Source of the DNA: Marsupella aquatica
Lineage: Eukaryota; Plantae; Marchantiophyta
Length of the DNA: 64,000 nucleotides
Assembly: GCA_973895155.1 (NCBI GenBank)
Contig: OZ316891.1
Location: 5,055,708-5,119,707, forward strand
Reading direction: 5' to 3'
In this document: in pieces, positions 24,735 through 36,100 of the stretch
Numbering within the stretch: the stretch's first letter is position 1
Layout of the letters: each line of letters opens with the position of its first letter
The notes under the pieces: model-generated
What the model saw: only the letters and a program-made list of their open reading frames with translations
The model's database searches: none
Told to the model about the DNA's origin: nothing
Program-made: the position numbers and the translations under genes

Positions 24735-27700
24735 AAAAAGGTACCTGTTATCGTCCCGCAGGGCAGACGGGGATCCCAGATCGACGGCGCTGGTTGTGCT
24801 GCACCAGCATAGAAGAACTTGGGCCGTCGATTCTATGCTGTCACTCGAATTGTGCAGGGAGTCACAAATAGGCTATCGTGGGTTGTGATTCAACAATGAA
24901 GAAATCATACGTAGGTGTATTATTTATTACCCGTGGTCAGAAAGAAAGAGTGCAAAGAAGAAAAGGTTGGGTCGAAATTGAGGTCGAAACAAAGCCTGCG
25001 TTTTCTGAATTCGAGTTCGAAATCCACTTTAATTCTTACAAAGTGTCAACTCATGGAGCTCTGCGAAGCCACTAATTTGGAAAAAACTGGCACTCTTTTG
25101 ATTGAAGTTACGTCCGTGTTTGGAAGCGTTTCCAATGGAGCTCGATGACATTGTCTGAACAGAATGCGGGATGATGAATATACTGCCGGGAACAATGCAG
25201 ACATATTGATGGAGAACAGAATGTTTCTCTTTTTCGATGATCATGCCCCTGGTGTTTTCGAGAATGATGTGGTATGCAGATTATGCCTTTTTCTAGTCGT
25301 CATCGTCCTGTTCTTACCCGCAGAACCCGTCACTGATTCGTTCTCTCTCTTTCTCTACCCTTATCCCTCCTGTGCATGAATGCAATCCGCATGTCTCCCA
25401 CATCTTGTGCGGTCTAAGGCCTTGAGCCTATCGTTCACTACTCTCGTGAGTGCAAGCGTTCTTCAGAGATCTCCTTGGAATTTGGTATTGTAGTGGGGTT
25501 TTTCACTTCAGCTAGACAGCTGCGGCTGTTAATTCTCCTGGAGTGCATTCACTGAGGAGTTAAGAGCCCGCTGGTAGTCAGTGGTCTTCGCTGAGAATAG
25601 CATCTCACATACAATTAACACCTTGACTGGATTTCGCTTCACTCCCAGATTCGATTGATGTTGTCGTTCAGTGGTGAGGGTTCGCACATTGTTGAAACGA
25701 TAGCCAGACACTCCAGGTCAATTACTTGTTTGTCAGTTTGTATAATGTAATGTGTTGGTAAATGTGATATGCTTACAGAATCGGCGTTCGTACAGAACCG
25801 TCGAATTATTATAGGACTTCAGCGTAGCGACAATACCAGTGAGATTTGAGCTTTCGAAACATGCTTTGATTATATATTACAAATTTCAATCTCCAGTAGG
25901 TTCGACACTGTCAACAGTCTATACAGTATCTCAGATTATCCAAGTGGGTCATTGCGATATGCCGATCTCTTATTGAGTCAATTAAAGCGGATAGTGTGTT
26001 TTACGATTTGGTATCAGGAGGCTTAGTGATGACTTCATTTGACACAAAGTTATCCTTTCGGATGTTTCCGTTGACCAGATCTTCGACATTGGCTCAAATG
26101 TCGAAGAGATAAGGAGGTTATTACTGTTCGCAATGTACCCTTTCCATTCACTTTCTGACGGAGACCCGAAACTAAACCTTCGCTGATCCTACACCACTTT
26201 CGGGCTTGCGATGAATCGAATTTACGCCATCGGTGGGTTTAAGGCGTGCCCGCTTCAAATTTATGCCCTGGAGCCGCAAGGAACCTCATTGCACATCTGT
26301 GCTGAAGCAGGGTGTTCCAGTCGTCTCCAATGTCGTGCAAATTGCCAGAGTAGCCCACCTGGGTCATCTCCTAACCCTTATCATCCCAACATTTCAAAAT
26401 ATCATCGGACAGTGCTTTCTTCTGCGCACGTCAACTACGCCACATTTCAGACCTGCTCCTGTACGCTCGTTATATAATTTGCAGCTTGAGCGGGAGTTGC
26501 CAGGTAGAAGAATTACGGGGTGCCACAATAGGTGTAGTAAAGAAATTACAAACGTTTTCCCTAATTTTAAGAACTTCCACGGCAAATGTCCCTTAGGTAA
26601 GTCCCCCACTAGGATTTCTCCCAAAATGAAAACGCACTCAGGGTAAAGCCTTCATGGGTGGGCATTACATTACGCATTCACCATTTCCTGTCGGAGTTCT
26701 CTGCGACCGTTGCAAATTCAGCAAGATTGCCACTCCTAGCGAACGGTAGTGCGAGAGATCATCAGAAAACTGAAGATACAAATGTGTCACACCATCCCCA
26801 CAAGGCGAGAACTAAGCGAATGTAATCCAACTTGTAAGATGTGTTTGATAGAGATGTGAAGTATAAATGACGGGCATGTCATCTCCAAGTAATCGTTCAT
26901 TTCGAGTGAACTTTGTTCGACATAACAAATTTTTCCATCCTTGGTGGATGATTCTTACGAGCTACGCTACAGTTGTTAATTTAGAAATACAAAACCGAAA
27001 ATGTAATGTGCGCACTTCGGTGTTAGCTAAGAAAGCGCCTGATTGGTCTCGTATCTACATTGTGAAGGAGGATGTGTTCAGGCTTCAGTCGAGCCGAGAG
27101 AACTCCTCGGTGCTCTTCAATGCCGGAACGTCATAAGCAATTTATCATCTCACCTACAAAATAGGCTCCTCGGCTTTGCTTTTTTCTCCTTCACCTGTGT
27201 GCCAATCTCCAACATTGTTATGGCATTGTACCAAACTTTCCTCCAAATGGTTTCCCAACGTGAAGTCTAAATGCACCTCTTCCAAAGCATTCCAAGAGAA
27301 GAATGGTGATGTTCGAATGAATCACAAAACGGATTCGATGAGTGTCAATAGTTCATCCATCGTATCGAACAAAGAGTAAACATTTTGAATGAAATGACAC
27401 CGCCAGCGACAATAGAAGCGCTATCCAAAACTACGATGAAGTGAAGAGCTCAGCTATTGCAATGTGGCCGACCATTATGGAGAAGAGCTAAGTGAAAAGC
27501 TAGCCACCATCTTCAACCAGCCAGATTCCTTTAGGCCCTACGCGGCAGATAGTTCACCATAGGCTGGCGACCACTGCAGACTCAGTATAAGGCCGTATCG
27601 AACAAGAAACCGACCAAGTCACGAAGATGCGGACATACCCCACAACCTTCAGTCTGCAACCAAACATTTATTCAATTGCGGTAGCGAAAATAGATATCCA

Positions 27701-27836
27701 GGGGCTTGCTGCTACTAAGAGATTATTGATGGCTCGGCCAACACAGGTGAGTAAATGATAAACACATCTTCATGAGAGGAGAAAGCGGAAGCCGAACAAA
27801 GTTTGAGAGAGGACCAAGGTGAAACTGTTCGCACGA

Positions 27837-29971
27837 CTAATATCTCCCTCTTCCTCTTCCTCCGCTACCCCCTCTGAAGCCACCCCGACTTCCACCTCTA
27901 AAGCCACCACGATCCCCACCCCTCCCCCGGAAACCTCCAGGGCCTCCACGACCTCCTCGGAAACCTCCCCCCCGGCCTACAACGAGCAATTCAGACGGAA
28001 AACGGTCAGATTGAGTGAGGACTTGAGAGTCATCACTTGTCCAAAGTACGAGCAATACTGCGAAACCCATCTGATTGAAATGAACACATTGTCGATACAA
28101 GGCAAGAGTATAGGGTCTAAACCCTAAACCCTTAACCGCAAACTCCATCACTGCTGTAATGCGACATAAAGACGGTGATAAGGTCAGCCGGCAGTCACCT
28201 CCTCCACGACCACCGCCACGGCCACCGCCTCTCCCACCTGGAGCACCTTGGCCCCTGCGAATAAACTAGTCACTATTAGAAGCAGCAGCATTGACATTCA
28301 AGAGATCCACCAAATAATCCACTGGGTTGTGTAATCGTAAACCAGAAAGATCTTTGTTCGCAAGGAAAGCGACCTCGACTCTAAAATCCTACTAGAGTCG
28401 CTATATCAATGCTCATTGTTGCGTGTGACCCCTTCTCTGGACCATCAGTAACCGATTTCTCAGATATGGCAAAGCCTTCTGTCCGCATCATGGCTGACCT
28501 ATTAAGGTCACATCACTGGTCAGAGGTAGCAAGAGATGAACCTACTCAGATTATCACATCAGTGGAGGAGACTCCTCAATCTCGTAAAGAGCATGTCCAT
28601 GCTTGCTGATGATTCGGCTTTCAATCGGAAGTTACGGAGTCTAAAGAACTGTGCGGATACATCATTTATTGATCGAATTTACAAACTTCTAGACGCTACG
28701 GAACCCTACATTGAGGGAGTTAAGAGGAAAAAGGAGGGGGGCGGGGGGGAAGGGGAGGGAATCTCGTTGATTTCTTTCTCGTATGTTCAGCTCTGTACAG
28801 TGTACATTCTCCTTAATGTCCAAGAGGACTAGGATAGCCGTTCTTATATGAGACATCACAACATACGGGACAGAGAATATTCAACCAAAAGTTGCCCGAG
28901 GATATTTCACCTTTGCTAAAGCAGTAAACCTACTTTGGAATCCCAACGGAAGACCTCAAGGCTCATAATAAAACTCTATTGTCGTACCTTGGATTCTCGT
29001 ATGTTCAGCTCTGTACAGTGTACATTCTCCTTACCGTCCAAAAGGACTAGGATAGCCGTTCTTATTTGAGACATCATAACATACGAGAACCTCGAGCATG
29101 GTACGACTATTTTTTCTCAGACGTCAAACAAAGTAGAGTTGGGGAGAGAGGGGGCTGGCGGATTGGGATCTTCCTCACATACTCTAGAAGGGTGGTCGGG
29201 TAAAGAACGTCAACTTAAAAATACACGAACTGCAAAAGATCTCCAGCGTTAAATGCACGGATACGTACTTTGGTTGAGGAAGAAATCTTTGCAGAGGAAG
29301 AAGTTTATTGGGATCGATGTAGAATTTATCTCCCGAACTGTAAGAAGTTGCGATAATGCCATCCTGCATCTTCACGGAAAAGTACTGCCAACCACAAGAC
29401 TTCGAATGAATAAAGTGCCTGCATCGGCGTGCTCCTTTTACTAAGCTCAACATCACGCACGGAACGGGGAATATGAAGTTCTCTTGAAGGCATCACTGAA
29501 CACTGGTATACGTTTGAGGCACTCACAGCATCGTTGATGGGACCAAAAATCTCTTCCACTTTCCCGATTTGTGTCTTATTCTCGAGGTAAATGGGGGCAT
29601 TGAAGTAAGGAATCTTTTCATTCGTCAACTTCGTCACTGCCTCTCCTTCACAGGCATGCGAGAACGTAGCTACCTCTGCAAAAAAGTCGCAACCGGTTGA
29701 GACACTGCTAGATGCCATCAGCATAGAACACACGGTACAATCCACTGAACACCCCAGAACGAGGCGTTTCAGGGTACAAGAATGGGCATGGGAGTCCGAC
29801 ATTACCAATCACTTCTTCAGGAGGGCCCTCGTCCCGATAGCCGCCACCACCTCGGCCTCCAAAGCCCCCTCTGCCTCCAAACCCTCCTCTGCCTCCTCCT
29901 CCTCCTCCTCCTCTGTATCCTCCCCCTCCCCCTCCCCCTCCCCCTCTACCGCCGCGGAAAGGCGGCCTCAT
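27837..29971 (-). CDS. GAR1: H/ACA ribonucleoprotein complex subunit GAR1; 5 exons: 29971-29806, 29675-29527, 29384-29269, 28254-28199, 27976-27837
   Basis: N- and C-terminal RGG/FGG domains flank the core [58 protein letters not shown]...YFSVKMQDG...[25 protein letters not shown] introns are in compatible phases. Confidence 0.95.
28435..28525 (-). ncRNA. Orphan intronic box C/D snoRNA candidate (GAR1 intron 3)
   Basis: Minus strand reads CUCUGACCA-GUGAUGU ... CUGA-UGGUCCAGAG (9-bp terminal stem with one bulge). Internal hairpin UGACCU/AGGUCA plus a second AUGAUG and a second CUGA. Confidence 0.55.
28777..28870 (-). ncRNA. Intronic box C/D snoRNA-like RNA, paralog B (GAR1 intron 3)
   Basis: Near-identical to 28994-29089. 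Box C GUGAUGU, box D CUGA, terminal stem retained, antisense element unchanged. Differences are mostly in loops and spacers. Confidence 0.75.
28994..29089 (-). ncRNA. Intronic box C/D snoRNA-like RNA, paralog A (GAR1 intron 3)
   Basis: Minus strand reads UUCUCGUAUGU-u-AUGAUGU ... CUGA-ACAUACGAGAA: an 11-bp perfect terminal stem abutting box C and box D. Internal UAAGAACGGCUAU is complementary to conserved 18S AUGGCCGUUCUUA. Same sense as the host gene. Confidence 0.75.
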
Positions 29972-30299
29972 CACACCTCAATTCCCGAGCAAATTCCCGA
30001 GTTTTGGCAACAGCTCAAACCTACTCTTGTAGCGAACGAGCTGCTCGAGCTACGATTTCTTTCGCGGGAGCTTGAGAAAATGCTTCGACCTGAACGATTT
30101 GAACGAGACGGAGTGTAAAGAACAGGGCTCAGATTGCTGCGCGCAGCTTCAACAAACCCAATGCTTCGATCTGCTATTGTAGTTGCAAACGAATAGACTG
30201 GATCCACCAGCGCTGCAAAAGATTGAGCGAGCGAGAGAGGAGAGAGCTCACAGCGAACGAGAGGTGACGCCTCTGCACAACACTACGGTACATCGAGAG

Positions 30300-30390
30300 A
30301 ACCCTAAACCCGCTGGGCTCAGTAACACACTCAGTTCGCCAGGGAACGAGCTTTTAGAGCTGAGAAGTTCTCCCTTAAACCCTAAACCCT
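30300..30390. promoter_or_regulatory. Telo-box elements upstream of GAR1
   Basis: AACCCTAAACCC (~30300) and TAAACCCTAAACCCT (30376-30390). Telo-boxes are typical of plant translation and ribosome-biogenesis promoters. Confidence 0.65.
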
Positions 30391-31099
30391 CCAAGCAGGT
30401 GCATCGACAAGCATAAACCCACTCATCCCATCTCCACTAGTTGTCTTTTAAACCACCACCAGCCCCTAATCACACCTCAAAATGTGGTAATAAATGGTGT
30501 GCTCCCTGATTTAAAGAAAATAATATATGGTGCACTAGATGCCTTTTAAACCACCACCAGCCCCGGCCCTTAATCACACCTCAAAATGTGTTAATATATG
30601 GTGTGCACTCCCTGATTTAAATAACTATGGTGTGCACTCCCTGATTTAAAGAAAATAACGACGTTTATCATGGTATGGAGGGATGTTGTACACCGTATAT
30701 GTCATATTTGATGTGCAGTTATCTGGACCCCCACTAGCCATGACTAAAATTTTATTACACCAAATTTCACCATAAATGATATCCTTTCCTCAATTTGCGG
30801 AGCAATATGGAAAGGGAGAGGAGAAGAATGAGAGGAAAGTGGAAAAAAGAAGTCTTGGACACTTCCCTATTTTATATGGATAGTGGAGGTTTGAAGAGCC
30901 ACTAGCCATAGTGTATGAACAAGCATAAACCTCTCAAGTAGATGTCTTTTAAAGAGCCACTCACCATGACAAAAACCAGGTTTCCCCATTTTTAATATAT
31001 TTTTCCTGTAATTGTGGAGCAAAGTCTCACTGGCAGAGGAGAGTACTGTGTAAAGGGAGAAGTCTTGGACATTTCTCTTTTTATATGGCCACTAGTGGT

Positions 31100-31945
31100 T
31101 TTAACCCACTCTAGTTGTCCTTTTGTACTCCACTAAACCCGTGGGGGAGTGTATGAACAAGCACAAACCCAGTTTTTTTTTGTATTTCTATGGATGGTTA
31201 TGAAGCCCAGAAGAGTATAAACCCACTCTAGTTGTAGTTTCAACCCACTCTACCTGTCTTTTTGTATTTCCCTAAACCCCTCCTGGAGAGTTATGGACTA
31301 GCATAAACCCACTCTAGTTCTCTTTTTGCATTTCTATGGATGGTTACAAAGCACAGACGAGCATAAACCCACTCTAGTTCTCTTTTAAACCCACTCTTAT
31401 TACCTGTCTTTTTGTGTTTCCCTAAACCCTCCATGTGAGTTTATGGAGGAGCATAAACCCACTTTAGTTGTCTTTTTGCAATTCTATGGATGGCTACAAA
31501 GCACAGACGAGGATAAACCCACTCTAGTTGTCATTTAAACCAACTCTACCTGTCTTTTTTTAATGTATTTCCCTAAACTCTCCAGGGGAGTGGGTATGGA
31601 CTAGCATAAATCCACTCTAGTTGTCTTTTTGTATTTCTATAGATGATTATGAATCACAGACTACATAAGCACACTCTAGTTCTCTTTTAAGTCCACTCTA
31701 GTTGTTGTTTTGTATTTCCCTAAACCCTCCAGGGGAGTGTAAGGACAAGCATAAGCCCACTCTAGTTGTGTTTTTGTATTTGTATGGATGGTTATGAAGC
31801 ACAGAAGAGCATAACCCTACTAGTTGTCTTTTAAACCCACTCTATTTGTCTTTTGTATTTCCCTAAATCCTCAAGGCAGAGTGGTATGGAAAAGCATAAC
31901 TCACTAGTTGTTTCGGTGTATTTCTATGGATGACTATGAAGCACA
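31100..31945. repeat. Tandem array of ~148-bp units (about 5-6 copies) built from TAAACCCACTCTAGTTGTC sub-motifs
   Basis: gcataaacccactctagtt...tatttctatggatgg.ta..aagcacaga.gagcataaacccactctagtt...tatttccctaaaccctcc recurs at ~31160, 31301, 31452, 31604, 31749 and 31894. Scattered partial copies lie at 30412-30650 and ~32200-32290. Confidence 0.9.
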
Positions 31946-31980
31946 ACCCCCTCCCAGTCTAGTATACTAAAAGAACCATT

Positions 31981-32044
31981 TTGGCACACCATCAGTTCTT
32001 TTGGCACACCATCAGTTCTTTTGGCACACCATCACTTCTTTTGG
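31981..32044. repeat. 20-bp minisatellite x3
   Basis: TTGGCACACCATCAGTTCTT repeated three times (one mismatch in the third copy). Confidence 0.95.
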
Positions 32045-33191
32045 CCCTCTAGCTAGGCTTGTTTTGAGGGTCATCAAATTTTGATCACAATTTTCAGAAA
32101 AAAATAGTGCAAAATTACACTCGAGCTTATGCAAAACTATACCTGGTGGGCTCGTAACACACTTTCGAAGGGAAGGAGCTTAGAACGGAGAAGTCCTTGG
32201 TTTAATCCTACACCCTCCAGGCAGAGGTGCGTGGACCAGCATAAACCCCCTTTAGTGTTCTGCCTGTATTTATTTCTATGGATGGCTATGAGTGATACCC
32301 TCTTGCCAGTCTGGTCTGGAGGTTATGAGATTTAGGGCTGTCTTGCATGTGCAAGAGTCCTTTAAAAAGCGGCCCTTACATGCCCACAAAAAACGGGGAA
32401 AAGTGTATGATAAAATCAAAGCACAATACTCCAAGGCAATATGTGCCATGCTCCCACTCGGTAGGATTTACTGCTTTGTCTTTTCAAACGCTTTGTCCTT
32501 AGCACTGTATTGTTGTCTTTTATGGAGAGAGTTTACACTCGAGCTTAACGAGAGGTTGAATGTTCAAAATTTTGCCACTCAAAGAACTGATGGTGTGGAC
32601 TGTGGATGGTATATGTGTGTGTGTGTGTGGGTGGTTGCTTGGTTGGGCCATTTTACCATTTTACTTTACTTCCCAAACCTGTAGTACACGATCTCATCCT
32701 TTTTTTTTTCTCACGGTTGTTTCTGAAATGTCATTCTGGCAGACACCTTCCCTGGCCGTTTCATTAGGGTGACATTTTTTTCTAGACATGAAATGGGCCT
32801 AAAATTATTCCATAGGTCGAATAAAATGGCATCTCGGTCCTCAGAGCTTTCCTCATGCCCCCAAATGGTAAAATGTAGCCGAAATTGAAAAACTCAGCAC
32901 CACAATACCAAGCCACACCTAGTTTTACCACACCAAAAAATAAATTGGAAGGGGTGGGGAGAGCCTAAAGGGTGAGATCCCCCAAAAGTAAAACCCAGAG
33001 CACCACCCTCAGGGATTTGAGGGAGGAGGCCAGACATAGAACAAGAACAAATCATGAACTTCTCAAATCATGAGCAATTTCCTGACATCTTTGGTCATTT
33101 GAGAAAACGGGGCGAAGGGGAGGGGGTGAACAGGAAAAGGTCTAAATTATGTGATCCACCAAACCAGACACCGCACTACAATTTGAGAGTT

Positions 33192-36100
33192 TTAACCAGG
33201 CCCTTTATTATCAATAAAAGCATCAATTTTCTGAAGGAGCTCGAAAGAGCCAGTTCCCATCTCCACAACCCGCCCCATGACAATTCGGGCAGATGGAGAC
33301 TCCAAATTGTCTCGTTGCCCTTTCAAAGTGGCATCCATCAGAAATGAGGTAGCAGTCTCATAGCTCATCTTTAAAAATGGAGATGGGCTGGAATTAATAC
33401 CAATACGATTACAGGGCCTGTACCCTCCTTGGCAAGTCATGAAATCCGAAATCAAACTCAAATGGCGTGGATTCACTACAATACCATAAGACCCAAACAC
33501 CGCCTGCACCTCCGACATGATAGCTGCCCTGGCAGCTTCAACACCATACACCCGGAGTATCACTGCAATGTTGTTGGTCATGAGGTGATTCACATCAAGC
33601 TCGTCTTGAAGAGCCCACAAACCTTCCAGATTGACGCCATCAGTTTGAAGAGCATGGCCAGATTGGGCATCCGGCTTTTGGGGGTCCTTGTGCACGATCA
33701 CAGAGCACTTTTCTATGCCTTTCACTGAGCGAACTGAAACCTGCTTTGTGACCTTCTCTACGACCTGCAGAATGACATAATCATAAATTGGCTCAGTGCC
33801 CATGACATGATAGAAACGCCAAGTACCACGTGACCGTGAGGTCGTGAGGCCAAGAATGCGGTCACGCACTTCTTCATGGGCAATAATTACCCCAAACGTA
33901 GAAAAGCTTACGAGGGAGAACTTTTGGGAATTGACATGGTAGACAACCTGCGGAAGATGATACAGAGAAGTACTCTCCACAACCAAATATACGGAATAAG
34001 TGTTACAGTAAAGCTGGACTGCCATCAAGAGAAAAATTACGATCACATACCTCGGGCATCAAAATGAGAGAACTGGACTGTGGTAGTGTGAATTGCATCT
34101 CAAAAGTTGATGCGTTAGCATTGACTGTCCCATCTCCCTTGTGTTCCCCCTGGTCCTTTCCCTTTTTCTTCGAGCTCTTTGGCGTTGTCGGAGTTGGGTG
34201 GGCTATCACATTATCCCCTGTTGCATCGCGTTCTGCCCTGATAGTTGATTTTCCCTCGTCCTCCTCCATGTCGTCCTCTTCATCCCCATCCTCCCTGGTC
34301 AATTCGTCTGCTGCTTGAAGGTTCCTTGCGATTGCTTTTTCATCATCATCCTCTTCATCATCATACCCACGCTCATCCGTTTCCTGTCCTTTCCTTTTTT
34401 CTGCGTCAGCTCCCTCGTCTTCCCCGTCCTCTTCATCATCACCGTCGTCTGTCTCTCCCACGTCTGCTTCTTTCTGTTTCTTCCGCTCCTTGGGATTACC
34501 ATCTTCATCTATATCTGTAGCACTCTCTCCCATATCTTCTCCTAGCTTTGAGAATGGCATGAATCCAATCGCATCCTTCTTCAATCTGCCACTGGATGTT
34601 GCTTTGCCCATCTCCTTCACCAATTTCGGAACAAACACATCTCGTATAATCTCCCCGCATTCACCTAAGCTCAGGTTCAAATATGCTGGAAATCTGTGGG
34701 ATGGATAGAGTTTAAGTCGGACCTTGTAAACTCTCTTGGGAGTACCGTGCCTGGCTAACAATGGAACTTCACCCACCTCTACTTTCTCGATTAGATCAAC
34801 AAGGCGAAGCCTCCTTAAATATGTTGCCAGTCGGTCGGCATCCCCTCTGCCAGGAAATTATATACATGGTGAGCAAGTCGAAGATTAGACGACAAAGCCT
34901 GTTAGGTCTGTTGTGTCAGGGAGGAGGGTCACCGAAGCAGAGACGAAAGGATTAGAAACAACGAAGACTCACTGACGTTCCAATTCAAAGAAAATCAAGA
35001 TTTTCGACAAAATTTCTCACTTTGTCCTGTCACTTCTTAAAGGGCAAGTCATGATTGGTGTTGAAATGTTCTCTGATGCAGTCATCAGAATCTCACGAAG
35101 ACGAGGAATACCCAGAGTTACATTCATCTCCCCTTGTCCAGCGAAATGGAAGGTGTTGAGCCTGTCAAAAGCTTTGTGTTAGATACGAATTAGATGACGA
35201 TCTGCAATGGACTCCTATCAGTTTATGTATGCCAAAGAATACTGTGCTTTGGAAGTAGTCAAGACAGGAAGCAACTAAACTGAAGAAAATGGAGATTGAA
35301 CTCACGTCATTTGAGTAGAAGGCTCTCCTACTGATTGGGCAGCCAGCACGCCCACAGGCTCACCAGGAGGAACAAGACTTGAAATGAACTTGAGTTGCAT
35401 CAGAAATTTAAAGTCCTCTCGGCGCCTGCGTTTCTTGAGTTTCAAGCGCTTCAAATCTATCTTCGATATTCCCCCAAGAAAGTCATTTACTTTCTCATCA
35501 AACGCAGTTGAAACGTTACCGTGAGACACTTCACTACAAATATCATCTTCCTTTGAGGATCCTTTTCTCTCCTGAAATTGTACCTGCATCTCATCTTTCC
35601 CCAACTTTCTTGAAACCAGTTCCCGATTCTGATACAAAAAACGGTAGAGTCAAGATCACCTGGTAGTCTTTCAGCCCCTGTGAGTTCAGCGATCACACAC
35701 TAATTATCAAGCTTACATAGTTTCTATAAAAGGACCTCAGAGGCCTACAACCAATGAGGTAGATCGGGAAAGCAATCAGGCAAATAGCAAGCACATGAGA
35801 TTGACTACGAGAAGAGAGCAAAATTACATCAGCGAGGAGATCAAACTGCGTCAAGTAACTAGTCTTCAAGACATCGATTCCATCCTCTCCGTACTTGAAT
35901 TGGACAATTGAGCCATCAGAGTCACGGACAGTGTAGTCGTAGTGAACTTTCAGGCCTTCCAAATTTTTCATAAGACATCGTTGGAGATAACCACTCCGAG
36001 ATGTCTTGACAGCGGTGTCAACAAGCCTGCGAGACAGTAGCTTGATTGCTTCAGTTCAACCAAACCTTATCGACTAGGGCATTCTGCGCAACCTTCCTGC

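Noticed and set aside
26718-26765. UGAUGA...CUGA on the minus strand downstream of GAR1
   Set aside because: About 50 nt, no terminal stem and no recognisable guide.
27989-28040. GUGAUGA...CUGA...CUGA in GAR1 intron 4 as a snoRNA
   Set aside because: Only ~46 nt, no C' box, and it overlaps the branch/polypyrimidine region next to the acceptor.
33429-34955. Plus-strand ORFs over NRPA1 (and similar antisense ORFs over AGT1, FDH, GAR1)
   Set aside because: Shadow frames of real coding exons.
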